Assembly (NCBI GenBank): GCA_964016885.1
Contig: OZ024762.1
Location: 10,788,001-10,852,000, forward strand
From: Eledone cirrhosa
Taxonomy: Eukaryota
Length of the DNA stretch: 64,000 nucleotides
Direction: 5' to 3'
This document shows positions 36,052 through 64,000 of the stretch, piece after piece; positions within the stretch are counted from its first letter, which is position 1; each line of letters begins with the position of its first letter. The notes under the pieces are model-generated. The model worked only from the letters and a program-made list of their open reading frames with translations, did not search any database and was not told the origin of the DNA. A program made the translations under genes and the position numbers.

Positions 36052-36755
36052 TGGAGGCGCATGGCTTAGTGGTTAGAGCATTGGGCTTGCAATCGAAAGG
36101 TTGAGTTCAATTCTCGGATCGGGTGATGTTGTTTCCTTGAGCAAGACACTTTATTTCACGTTGCTCCAGTTTACTCAGCTGTAAAAATGAGATGATAGGA
36201 CTGGGGTCCCTATCATTAAATTACCCAAGACACCTCCAACGAGATATACCTTGGTAGAGGCCAGCTAAACCTGCATAGAGGTGTGAACTGTAACAACAAC
36301 ATTGAGAGACGGCATCCCATTGTAGGAACCATGAACACTTGGTGAATACCCACAAAGTTATTAACCATCTCGCCAATTGCAACCCTGAGCACCTTTTTGA
36401 TCTCCATGTGTCTAACACACGTGGACATGCCTACAAAGTCAGAAAACAGCACAGTTCCCATGACTTTCGTAGACATTTTTTCACTCTCAGAGTTGCTGAA
36501 GCATGGAACAAACTGCCTGCGTCAGTTGTTAGCTGTCGAGACACTGCATCCTTTAAGACACTCATGCTTCCCGAAATACGCCAAAACTACACCTGATGTA
36601 CCCCTTCCATACACATGCACACATGTGTGTATCATGACCCATGCACTGTTCATTTTCCTGATGTTTGTACATTACCCTATGTACTATACATACACTTTTT
36701 GATGAGTTGTAGTGCACCTGAGCACTGTACACAATATTTCATTATTATTATTATT
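36052..36755 (+). mobile_element. tRNA/CORE-SINE with long CR1/L2-like 3' tail and (ATT)n end
   Basis: Same head and CORE as above, then RT C-terminal remnant [38 protein letters not shown], typical of CR1-group LINEs. Confidence 0.8.
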
Positions 36756-37199
36756 AACCTTGCCGTAATGTACTGGGTAATTGCTGGCCTTGTGCCTAAA
36801 GTAGAAACAATTATTATTAACCTTGCCAAATATGGATCATGTGAGGTCACTGTGACCTGCCTGGTCTTGGAATATAACAACCCAGGCTAACGTGGACAGA
36901 GGAGCGGACTTACAATTAAAATGATGATGATGATGGTGGGAATGGGATGAGGAAGTTGGGAGAAAGAGGAATTGAGAAAGTGGGGGGGGGCGAGATGCAG
37001 CCCAAGAAGGAGGACGAGGAGGTATGGGAGATGAAGTGAGGAAGAGGAGGGAAGTGAGGAGGAGGAGGGAGGAGACTAGATTTCCTGAATATATTAGAAA
37101 TTTTCATTCTTTAAAAAAAGAGATAAAAGAAAGAAAACTTAAAAATAGATTTAAACTTTTTGTTTACTTTTGTTTTATCTCTGTACATAACCTACTTTT

Positions 37200-37437
37200 A
37201 TAGTAGTGGTGGTGGTGGTAGTAGTGGTGGTGGTGGTAGTGGTGGTGGTGGTAGCAGTAGTGGTGGTGGTGGTGGTGGTAGTGGTAGTAGTAGTAGTAGT
37301 GGTGGTGGTGGTAGTAGTAGTGGTGGTGATAGTAGTAGTGGTGGTGATGGTAGTAGTAGTAGTAGTAGTATAGTAGTAGTAGTGGTGGTAGTAGTAATAG
37401 TAGTAGTAGTAGTAACGTACTGGGGGTGGCGGGGGTG

Positions 37438-37469
<32 letters not shown>

Positions 37470-37620
37470 GGTGATGGTGGTGGTGGTGGTGGTAGTAGTA
37501 GTAGTGGTGGTGGTGGTAGTGGTGGTGGTGGTGGTAGTAGTAGTAGTGGTGGTGGTGGTGGTGGTGGTAGTAGTAGTGGTGGTGGTGGTGGTAGTAGTAG
37601 TAGTAGTAGTGGTGGTAGTG

Positions 37621-37664
<44 letters not shown>

Positions 37665-37775
37665 GGTGATAGTAGTAGTGGTGGTAGCAGTGGTAGTGAT
37701 GGTAGTAGTAGTAGTAGTAGTAGTAGTAGTATAGTATAGTAGTAGTAGTGGTGGTAGTAGTAGTAGTAGTAGTAA
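37200..37775. repeat. (GTA/GTG)n trinucleotide tract (similar tracts 42118-42490, 43360-43900, 45980-46515, 46775-47090)
   Basis: Direct inspection. Confidence 0.95.
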
Positions 37776-39514
37776 CGTACTGGGGGTGGCGGGGGGTTGC
37801 TCTTCTCCCAAAATTTGCTGGCCTTGTGCCTAAATTAGAAATCAACACACAAGTAGACTAACAGTTCACCTGCACTGTGAAATGTGCAAAGCCGGATTTA
37901 ATGGGAGACAAAGGGGCAATTACCCCGGGACCCCTACAATAGTGGACCCTACCAGCGACAGCTGTAGCAATTTATTTGTGTCCCCAGCTGTGTTTTTAGT
38001 TTTAAGATGGCCAGAATTTTTAAATTTAATTGTTTCTATTTTTGGCACAAGGCCGGCAATTATCCCAGTGCATTACTGGTACTTTATTTTATCGACCCCG
38101 TAAGGATGAAAGGCAAAGTTAACCTCAACGGGATTTCAACTCAGACCGTAAAGGGCCGTAACTCTTTGCTGCAAAGCATAGCGTCCGAATCTTTTAATTT
38201 AACACCTGTATATATAACTTTTCAATTCCAATTGCTTGCCCCAAGCTAACTTTGATATGTAAAATGGGGGGGGAGGGTATTCTAATTTTTTTTTTTTTAT
38301 GTATTTGAGGGGCCCCACAAAACCTGAAGTGCCCCGGGCCAGATTTAGGACAAATGAGACCCTGTGCTAGTTAAGTTATGAGTCCCCTTACTTGGGCCCT
38401 GAAGTAAGGGGACTGATAAGGTAGACCTTCATAAGGGGATGCTTCCTCAACACATAAACACAAACACACGAACATCTGACCCACGGGGACCTGTGCTTAA
38501 GCACACCTAAACACAATGGTAAATCCGGCACTGCCCGGACCCCCCAAGGTCTAAGTCCAGTCCTGGAAGTGGGTCATTATCCGTTTCAAAAAGACAGTAA
38601 GGCTGGACGGAATAATAAGGCTACGTTGAATCAGTTCATGAGACGATCAATAAAAACCAGCCACTAAAATGTTACATTAACATTTATTGATAATATTGTT
38701 ATTTATTTTTATTTTTGGTAGATTGGCAGTATCGGTAGAGTCGGACGCCATACTTTGCAGCATAGAAATACGTCCCTTTACAGTATCTGAGTTCAAATTT
38801 CGCCAAGGTTAACTTTGCCTTTCATCCTTACGGGGTCGATAAAATAAAGTACCAGTAATACACTGACTGCGGTAATTGCTGGCCTTGTGCCAAAAGTAGA
38901 AACAATTATTTTTTGGGGTGGATTGGCAATATCGGTAGAGCATCGGACAGCATGTTTTGTGGCATAGAGTTATGGCCCTTTACGTTCCGAGTCGTCGTCG
39001 TCGTCGTCCCCCCCCACACACACACCTCAATAGTTATATATTTTCTCCCCAAACTACCAAAACACACACCTATTTGTATATGTGCTACAATATATATATA
39101 TATACATGTTATGTTGTATATACATATCGAAGTTGTCGATATTTGATAATAACAGCTAAATTACCGTATTTCCCGGAGTCGAAGATGCTCTTTTTTTCCT
39201 AAAATAAGTCTCAAAAATCTACCATGCGTCCTGGAGGCCGAAGGTTGTTTATTATTTTTTTCAAATTTTTGCTTGTCAAAATTAGGGTGCATCTTCAAGG
39301 ACGAAGCATCTCCGGCGCCGAGAAATACAGTAACCACTACAACTAAATTGACCAAATTTGTCCCACCCCGCCCCACCTAATTCAGAAATGCTTCCATTAC
39401 TCCTGTCTTGGGTCACAGATTTCTAAAATCAAATCTGTTTTTCTCTAGGGCGAACTGCTTCAGAGTATTTCGGCGACATACACACATACACTCTCAAATA
39501 TTCAGTAGATATAG

Positions 39515-39762
39515 ACTCACTCAGATGGTGGATGGGTGCTACACCAGAATGCTGAGGATGGCTCTGAACATTAATCAGTATACACTAAGGATAAAGAACT
39601 CAGAGCTGTATGGGAGACTCCCAAATGCCAGCTCAAAAGTGACACAGAGGAGACTGAGGTTAGCTGGACATGCTCACCGACATTCAGAGTTGACACTGCA
39701 CTCAGTGCTCGTCTGGGAGCCCCTACACGGACACACTGGAGGAGGGAGACCGGGGATATTTA

Positions 39763-39802
<40 letters not shown>

Positions 39803-40180
39803 CAGCTCGAAAGTGACGCAGAGGAGACTGAGATTAGCTGGACATGCTCACCGACATCCAGAGTTGACACTGCACTCAGTGCTCGTCTGGGAGCCCCTAC
39901 ACGGACACACTAGAAGAGGGAGACTGAGATTAGCTGGACATGCTCACCGACATCCAGAGTTGACACTGCACTCAGTGCTCCTGTGGGAGCCCTTACACGG
40001 ACACACTAGAAGAGGGAGACCGGGGAGGGGGGAGACCGAAGGAAGACCGAGGTTGACATATGTTGATGCCCTAAGGACAGACACTGGCCTCTGGGAGACG
40101 CAGGACATGGCGGCGATGATGAAGGACAGAGATCGCTAGAGAGAACTCGTCCATGGACCTCGGGAATTTTATGCGCCCTA
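39515..40180 (+). mobile_element. Non-LTR retrotransposon 3' fragment with internal triplication
   Basis: Same family as 26353-26712. Confidence 0.8.
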
Positions 40181-40263
40181 AAAAAAATAATCTTACAGTC
40201 AGCTCATGTCACAGCAAAGAAAGGACATCTATGATAGAGAGATGGCAGCTGTAGTCAGAGCGT

Positions 40264-40299
<36 letters not shown>

Positions 40300-40339
40300 T
40301 GTCAGTGAGTCTGTGTGTGTCTGTCCGTCTCTCTGTCAG

Positions 40340-42003
40340 TGAGTGTGTGCGTCTATCAGTGTGTATGCATGTGTCTACCTGTCTGCCAGTGAGAGTGTGT
40401 GCGTCTATCAGTGTGTGTGCATGTGTCTACCTGTCTGCCAGTGAGAGTGTGTGCGTCTATCAGTGTGTGTGCATGTGTCTACCCGTCTGCCAGTGAGAGT
40501 GTGTGCGTCTATCAGTGTGTATGCATGTGTCTACCTGTCTGCCAGTGAGAGTGTGTGCGTCTATCAGTGTGTGTGCATGTGTCTACCTGTCTGCCAGTGA
40601 GAGTGTGTGCGTCTATCAGTGCGTATGCATGTGTCTACCTGTCTGCCAGTGAGAGTGTGTGCGTCTATCAGTGTGTATGCATGTGTCTACCTGTCTGCCA
40701 GTGAGAGTGTGTGCGTCTATCAGTGTGTGTGCATGTGTCTACCCGTCTGCCAGTGAGAGTGTGTGCGTCTATCAGTGTGTATACATGTGTCTACCTGTCT
40801 GCCAGTGAGAGTGTGTGCGTCTATCAGTGTGTGTGCATGTGTCTACCTGTCTGCCAGTGAGAGTGTGTGCGTCTATCAGTGTGTATGCATGTGTCTACCT
40901 GTCTGCCAGTGAGAGTGTGTGTGTCTATCAGTGTGTATGCATGTGTCTACCTGTCTGCCAGTGAGAGTGTGTGCGTCTATCAGTGTGTGTGCATGTGTCT
41001 ACCTGTCTGCCAGTGAGAGTGTGTGCGTCTATCAGTGCGTATGCATGTGTCTACCTGTCTGCCAGTGAGAGTGTGTGCGTCTATCAGTGTGTATGCATGT
41101 GTCTACCTGTCTGCCAGTGAGAGTGTGTGCGTCTATCAGTGTGTGTGCATGTGTCTACCTGTCTGCCAGTGAGAGTGTGTGCGTCTATCAGTGCGTATGC
41201 ATGTGTCTACCTGTCTGCCAGTGAGAGTGTGTGCGTCTATCAGTGTGTATGCATGTGTCTACCTGTCTGCCAGTGAGAGTGTGTGCGTCTATCAGTGTGT
41301 ATGCATGTGTCTACCTGTCTGCCAGTGAGAGTGTGTGCGTCTATCAGTGTGTGTGCATGTGTCTACCTGTCTGCCAGTGAGAGTGTGTGCGTCTATCAGT
41401 GTGTATGCATGTGTCTACCTGTCTGCCAGTGAGAGTGTGTGCGTCTATCAGTGTGTGTGCATGTGTCTACCTGTCTGCCAGTGAGAGTGTGTGTGTCTAT
41501 CAGTGTGTGTGCATGTGTCTACCCGTCTGCCAGTGAGAGTGTGTGCGTCTATCAGTGTGTATGCATGTGTCTACCTGTCTGCCAGTGAGAGTGTGTGCGT
41601 CTATCAGTGTGTATGCATGTGTCTACCTGTCTGCCAGTGAGAGTGTGTGCGTCTATCAGTGTGTATGCATGTGTCTACCTGTCTGCCAGTGAGAGTGTGT
41701 GCGTCTATCAGTGTGTGTGCATGTGTCTACCTGTCTGCCAGTGAGAGTGTGTGCGTCTATCAGTGTGTATGCATGTGTCTACCTGTCTGCCAGTGAGAGT
41801 GTGTGCGTCTATCAGTGTGTGTGCATGTGTCTACCTGTCTGCCAGTGAGAGTGTGTGTGTCTATCAGTGTGTGTGCATGTGTCTACCCGTCTGCCAGTGA
41901 GAGTGTGTGCGTCTATCAGTGTGTATGCATGTGTCTACCTGTCTGCCAGTGAGAGTGTGTGCGTCTATCAGTGTGTATGCATGTGTCTACCTGTCTGCCA
42001 GTG
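40340..42003. repeat. 52-bp minisatellite, about 32 copies
   Basis: Unit GAGAGTGTGTGCGTCTATCAGTGTGTATGCATGTGTCTACCTGTCTGCCAGT. Confidence 0.95.
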
Positions 42004-42197
42004 AGTGTGTGTGCGTCTGTCAATGTGTGTGTGTATGTATGTGTCTATCTGTCTGTCAGTCAGCGTGTGTGTGTGAGTGCATGTGTCTATCTGTGTCTAC
42101 GTGCATGCGCGTGTGATAGTTGCGGTAGCGTTGGTAGTGATTGTGGTGGAGATAGTAGTAGTAGTAGTGGTAGTAGTAGTAGTAGTTGTAGTGGAGA

Positions 42198-42270
<73 letters not shown>

Positions 42271-42313
42271 GGTAGTGATTGTGGTGGAGATAGTAGTAGT
42301 AGTAGTAGTAGTG

Positions 42314-42348
<35 letters not shown>

Positions 42349-42362
42349 GATTGTGGTGGAGA

Positions 42363-42394
<32 letters not shown>

Positions 42395-42594
42395 CTAGTA
42401 GTAGTAGTAGTAGTAGTGGTGGTAGTAGTGATTGTGGTGGAGATAGTAGTAGTAGTGGTAGTAGTTGTAGTGGAGATAGTAGTAGTACTGCTACATCTCT
42501 GGTTGTACGATCATCGAACTAACATTTAAAGCAAAGATCCGATTTTGATTTAAGTTCGACCACAACAACAACAACAACAACATAACTGTAAACA

Positions 42595-58642
<16,048 letters not shown>

Positions 58643-58705
58643 TCTACACACACACATACACACACACATACATACATACACACATACACATATATATATA
58701 TATAT

Positions 58706-58850
58706 GATGCCAATATAATATCAAAGTTTAGCGAAAAAGGAGAATATCTATGCGGTACTAATGAGGAATCTGCAGATACTCCACCCTGACTATACCTTCA
58801 GATTTATACCTGTGATTATTGGAGTACTAGGATATGTTAAAGGGTTAAAG
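58706..58850 (+). mobile_element. Fragment resembling the C-terminal restriction-like endonuclease region of REL-type non-LTR retrotransposons
   Basis: DANIISKFSEK/ENIYAVLMRNLQILHPDYTFRFIPVIIGVLGYV (one frameshift); K...Y..L and P.I.G.LG pattern. Confidence 0.45.
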
Positions 58851-61523
58851 ATAAATTTTATCTTATTTTATCTAACTAATTCTATATTCTTATATTTTAT
58901 ATTGTTATTTTTATAAATTTTAAAATTATTTTCTATTATTCCTCACATATTCCTCACATATTACAGCAGATTGGCAATAATCGATAGAGCATCAGTCACT
59001 ATGCTTTGTGGCACAGAGCTATGGACCTTTCCGTTCTCAGTTCAACCTGCCATTGAGGTTAACTTTGCTATTCCTCCTTACAGGGTTGATAAATAAAGTA
59101 CCAGTAATACACTGGTGTCGATTTAATCGACTTTCCCCCTCCCCCAAAATTGCTGGTCTTGGGCCTAATCCAAAAACAATTATTACTAATCCTTTCATCC
59201 TTATGGGGTCAATAGATAAAATACCAGTGATACACTGAGGTCTATTTAATTGACTTTCCCCTCCCACTAAAGAATTGTTGGCCTTGTGCCTAAATTAGAA
59301 ACCATTATTCATCAGATATTGTATTAACATATCATACCTGTGATAGTGTTTCCCATATTCTATTTTATAGCAGCCATGTTTTATGGCTGTATTCAGTTAT
59401 GGTGCCAGGAAGAAAGAGATTTGTTTCCTTTCTTATACTGATAATAGGGCTTTTACTGTTTATGTGACCCCTTTAACCTCTTCAGTGCCACAGACGTGAT
59501 AACTTGTCCTAAGATGTTTGAACTCGTTTCCAACAGGTCATAACTTCAAAGTTATAAACTCGTTTCAAACAGTTCATAACTTCAAAGCTAGATGGCGTTA
59601 CTAGTTTATTGATGTGACCTTTGTCAATAATTCAGATATGTGTTATTAATAAATGTTTGTTTAAAAAAATAGTTATTTCACTGAAAACCCAGCACTGCAA
59701 CTGTAGCTGTGTAAAATATACGCAGCAGTCAACAGGTTAAAGTTTTTACCAATCAATCTAAATCATATAATGTCATCATAACATTATTTTACAATAATTC
59801 GGTGGATTGGCAGTATCAGTAGAGGGTTGTACGCCATGCTGTGAAGCATAGAGTTACGGCCCTTTATGATCTGAGTTCAAATCCCACCGAGGTTAACTTT
59901 GCCTTTCATCCTTACGGGGTCAATAAAATGAAGTATCAATCATGCACTGGGGTTGATTTAATCGACTTTCCCCTCCCCAAAATTGCTGGCCTTGTGCCTA
60001 CATACGAAACCATTATTTTACAATTATGCCTGAAGAGTGGCTCTCCATATGACCAACTTTACCTATCAACCAAAATGAAATATGAAAAGAACAGAAATGT
60101 ACATCAGATAATAAAATATGGAAATATGATCTTGTCTTTCATCATCATCATCATTTTACGTCCGCTTTTACCTGCTTGCAAGAGTGGGACGGGTCCTATT
60201 CAGCACGGTCCTTCGTCACCTCCTCCGTGAGCTTCAGCGATCTGAGGTCAGCCCTCACCACATAGCTTTACAGTGGGAAAGGGAAATATAGAAAAAAAAA
60301 GGAAGGAGAGAAAGATCGGGAAGGGATGGCAAGAGCTGTGGTGTCGAAGAAGAGAGGGGAGGGTGAAGATGATTGGGCCTAGGGCAAGAGGGAAGAAGTG
60401 CTGGGCCCCGCTGACAAGACGGCAAAAGCTTCCCCCCGGACGATGGCCAGTGACACCCGCTGCAACAGCCACCCAACCCCGCGAGGCTTCCTCCTCAGAC
60501 GGGCCGCCGGCGCTCTGATCTTGTGGAGGAGCTCGGCAGTACAGGGGTCCAAGTACTCCTGAGGTCTCGACGGCGACCGTTGCGGAGAGGAAGCGGCCTG
60601 ACAAACCCCGGTATTTGTTTAGTTTACGTTTTTCTACGAGGCGGGCTGCGATGCCGGGGTTTGTGGCCGAAGGGACTAAGTTGGAGGCGGAGAACGTGTC
60701 GCAACAGGTGGCATCTGAGATGAGGGATCTACCTGCTTCGAATATTTTTTGTGTTTATATATTTTCATTCTATAACAAGTTTTTATTAAGTGCTCTATAC
60801 ATTATTTGATGCTCGTTTTTTACGGCCAGCGTCTACGTGGATTCGAACGCTGGTTTACACACACATTATATATATTAAATTATCAGTTTTTCGAATATTA
60901 ATAAGGATTTCTTTATTGGCCACAAGGGCTGACATCAAGAAAAACATTACAGACGGCACAGGACGGTACGATGTGGGTTTTGTGCGTGTAAATATTTTTA
61001 TTATTTATATAAGAAAAGAAAAAAAAGACATAGAAACATATATATATATATATAAACAGTAAAAATGAAAATTGAAACAATGAAAAATTCCCCAATAAGG
61101 GGAAAACCTCCGAGGGTTACTCGTGGCAAAAACCACACAAAAGACCACGGCCACCCTGACCACCAGGGCAAGCGCCCTCTCTCAATTTTTCCAAACAAGC
61201 CTCATTTTTAAAGCCATGTCAGTAGAATGAACCCTTCATTCTTGATCTTGTGTTGGCATGCCAACACAAGAGCAAGAATTACTCAATTGCAAACGAATCG
61301 AATGTTATTATTAATATTCGAAAAACTCAGATTACATTTATTGTATTCAGCCATGTAGAGCGAAAAACATTTTTTTTTTCTTATATAATTATCTATGTAC
61401 GGTCTCGTAGCTCCTGATAGAGTTGTAGGGGCGTCGTGTTGATGTTGACATACAGCGTTTCTTGGGTATTTTAAGCCTGGTGGAGCCCATCTCTGAGTAG
61501 AGCGAATTTCTTCCAGAGAAAGA

Positions 61524-61554
<31 letters not shown>

Positions 61555-61889
61555 TGAGAAAGCGATATAGAGGAAGAATCGATCCCAGTACTTATGTACT
61601 TATGTTTATCGACCTCGAAAGGATGAAAGGCAAAGTTGACCTCGGCGGGATTTGAACTCAGAGAGCAGAAAGCTGGCAGCAATACCATAAAGTATTCTAT
61701 TGACATTCTAATATATTGTTTCCCAAAGTGGGCGGTGCTTTGATATCGGGCGGCGGTTGGGGGCGAGTGTAGTATTAAAAAAAAAGAAGAAAAAAAAGCT
61801 ATCTATTGTTTACATTTTAAACAATAGATAGCTTGTTTTTTTCTTTTTTTTACAAATATATTGCATATGTATATTAAGCATTTATATAG

Positions 61890-62345
61890 ACATCTCTAAT
61901 ATAGACATATAGACATCTATAATAAAGACATCTAGACATCTATAATATAGACATTTAAACATCTATAATAAAGACATAGACATCTATAATATAAACATCT
62001 ATAATATAGACATATAAACATCTATAATATAGACATATAAACATCTATAATATAGACATTTAAACATCTATAATAAAGACATTTAAACATCTATAATAAA
62101 GACATAGACATCTATAATATAGACATCTAGACATCTATAATAAAGACATCTAGACATCTATAATAAAGACATATAGACATCTATAATAAAGACATATAGA
62201 CATCTATAATAAAGACATATAGACATCTATAATAAAGACATATAGACATCTATAATAAAGACATATAGACATCTATAATAAAGACATTTAGACATCTATA
62301 ATAAAGACATTTAGACATCTATAATAAAGACATATAGACATCTAT
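61890..62345. repeat. About 22-bp minisatellite
   Basis: TAGACATCTATAATAAAGACAT recurs. Confidence 0.9.
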
Positions 62346-62744
62346 GAGACTGTGTAGATTCTAGACAATCTCATAGATGTCTTTATTCTTATTGGCAAAA
62401 TCACATTCCTTTTACATCTATGTTACTAATGATAAACTAACATCATCACCATCATTGTTTAATGTCTACTTTCTCTGCTAGTAAGGTTTGGATGTGTCAT
62501 CACAGACTGATGGGGGGGGGGCGTTGAGGGTTTTACGTGGCCGTGAGGGGGGTGGGTGTGGCTAAAAAGGTTTGAGAACCTCTGTTCTAACACCTACATA
62601 ACTATTTATATCTATATATAATATTTTAAAAAAAACTGCAACTACCGACATCCTTTCGAGAAAACTTGGATCAACTACATCTATGCAATGGCGTACACTT
62701 TACAGTCAGGAAGATGACGAACCATCTAGTAGAGATAACTATTC

Positions 62745-62936
62745 TTGGAGGCAATCATCAAGGAGAAAATTCATTTATTCCCAAGATTTGAGCTGCCGTT
62801 CAAATTTCAAGACTTCAGTTCCGTTAGAGCCAGTTTTGCTATGACTATAAATAAAGCTGAGGGTCAGAGTCTCAAAGTCGTAGGATTAAATATGAAAGAA
62901 TCAGTTTTTACTCATGGACAGTTATATATCACGTGA
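62745..62936 (+). mobile_element. Helitron/PIF1-like helicase remnant
   Basis: LPFKF..VRASFAMTINKAEGQSLKVVG...VFTHGQLY matches the PIF1/RepHel motif FAMTINKSQGQSL..FSHGQLY. Confidence 0.75.
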
Positions 62937-63412
62937 CAGCTGGCTCAACGTGTCGGGGCGTATTTCGTCCATGTTTTTTTTTTTTTACAGAAAAATTATT
63001 TTCAAAAATAAAGCTAAAATATTTCGGCCGAAAGCCTAAATATTATGAGGTTTCTCTTCTCCAAGGCAAAGACGGATGCTTTATGTCCCCTAATCAACAA
63101 AAAAAATCAGCAAAATACCAATTAAAACAACTTAAATCTACGAACCTTTTGGAGCCCAGAATTGTACGTCTTACGTTTTCGTCACCAATAGTAATTAATA
63201 ACGGTTTATGATTTAGGCACAAGGCCAACAATTTGGGAGGAGGGAAAGTCGATTAAATCGATCTCAGTTCATTACTGGTACTTTATTTTATCGACAAATG
63301 AAAGGATGAACGGCAAAGTTAACATTGGCGGGATTTGAACTCAGAACGCAAAGAGCCGTAACTCTATGCCACAATGCATGGTGTCCGACACTCCACCGAT
63401 TCTGCTAATCAA

Positions 63413-64000
63413 CCACCATACAACCTCTTTCGCCATGGCCACAAGACATATACAAATGGCTTTGCTTTCTTGACTAAAAGAAGGTGGCGGGACAATTTTC
63501 ACAATGGACTCGGCTGATAGCCGGATTTGTCCTAAATGCGACAGCAGGTGTTGGACATAAACCCACAAGTCAGCAATGCTCGAACATTGGACGACTGTAT
63601 GCAGGACGGCACTTCCATGCCTCTAGAGTTTATCTCGAACTGGCAAAGCTCCTAGGTAGCACTGCCAGTCCAGGGATTTCTGGAAATTACCCATTGATCC
63701 TGAACTGAAAGTCCACTCGAAAAGACGGGCTAGTTGAATTTCATCGATGCCTTGAGTTACCCCAAGAACGCCGTCGCTTTCATCCGCTATTAACCCTCTA
63801 TAGAACGGCATTTTCAATTTGGAGTTTCCACCGATCATACTGCCCGATTAACGGAGGGACTGTGAGCGCCTGAAGACATTCCAGTTTCCAAGCGCTCCCC
63901 CCTCACTCTCCGCTTGATGCAGGACTGCAGCTTCGCTAAGGAGACGAGCTGGGAGAAACATGCGCCTGGTGAACAGCGGCCACACCTGTCCACCGCTAAC
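63413..64000 (-). mobile_element. Degenerate L1/Tx1-like LINE ORF2 C-terminal fragment
   Basis: FQKSLDWQCYLGALPVRDKL*RHG..H.VVQC..LWVYVQHLL..KEVVW resembles the zf-RVT region; in-frame stop. Confidence 0.55.

Noticed and set aside
37160-37848. Gly/Ser-, Thr- or Val-rich ORFs (also 42077-42529, 43334-43985, 45798-47201)
   Set aside because: (GTA/GGT)n trinucleotide tracts; intronic or intergenic.
60250-61200. GC-rich segment with several short ORFs
   Set aside because: No recognisable domain; possibly LINE ORF1/UTR debris, not supportable by eye.

Overview
Eukaryotic, AT- and microsatellite-rich animal DNA. The tRNA-derived CORE- and Meta-domain SINEs suggest an octopod cephalopod, but this is inferred. 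Three intron-containing genes could be reconstructed by hand with consistent GT-AG splice phases. ERGIC3 is on the minus strand: ATG at 33181, 10 coding exons down to 4502, including 15-nt and 29-nt microexons; its 3' exons lie left of the window. ROMO1 is on the plus strand (1524-2752, 70 aa), apparently nested antisense inside an ERGIC3 intron. TTC38 is on the plus strand (42595-58642, 14 coding exons, 467 aa). Introns are filled with SINEs, RTE/CR1/L1-like LINE fragments, MITEs, a Helitron-like helicase remnant and many minisatellites, several built from a segment of a dispersed transposon. The most striking unexplained signal is more than a dozen minimal type I hammerhead ribozyme motifs (stem I-CUGAUGA-stem II-GAAA-stem III-UH-stem I) from several unrelated small-element families. 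They sit between (TA)n tracts, often as inverted pairs, and seven are packed into about 1.2 kb of ERGIC3 intron 1 (29.8-31.0 kb). Two have a fully intact core, one of them on the ERGIC3 sense strand. Almost all long ORFs in the supplied track are translations of simple repeats. All homology calls are from recognition by eye, not database searches.
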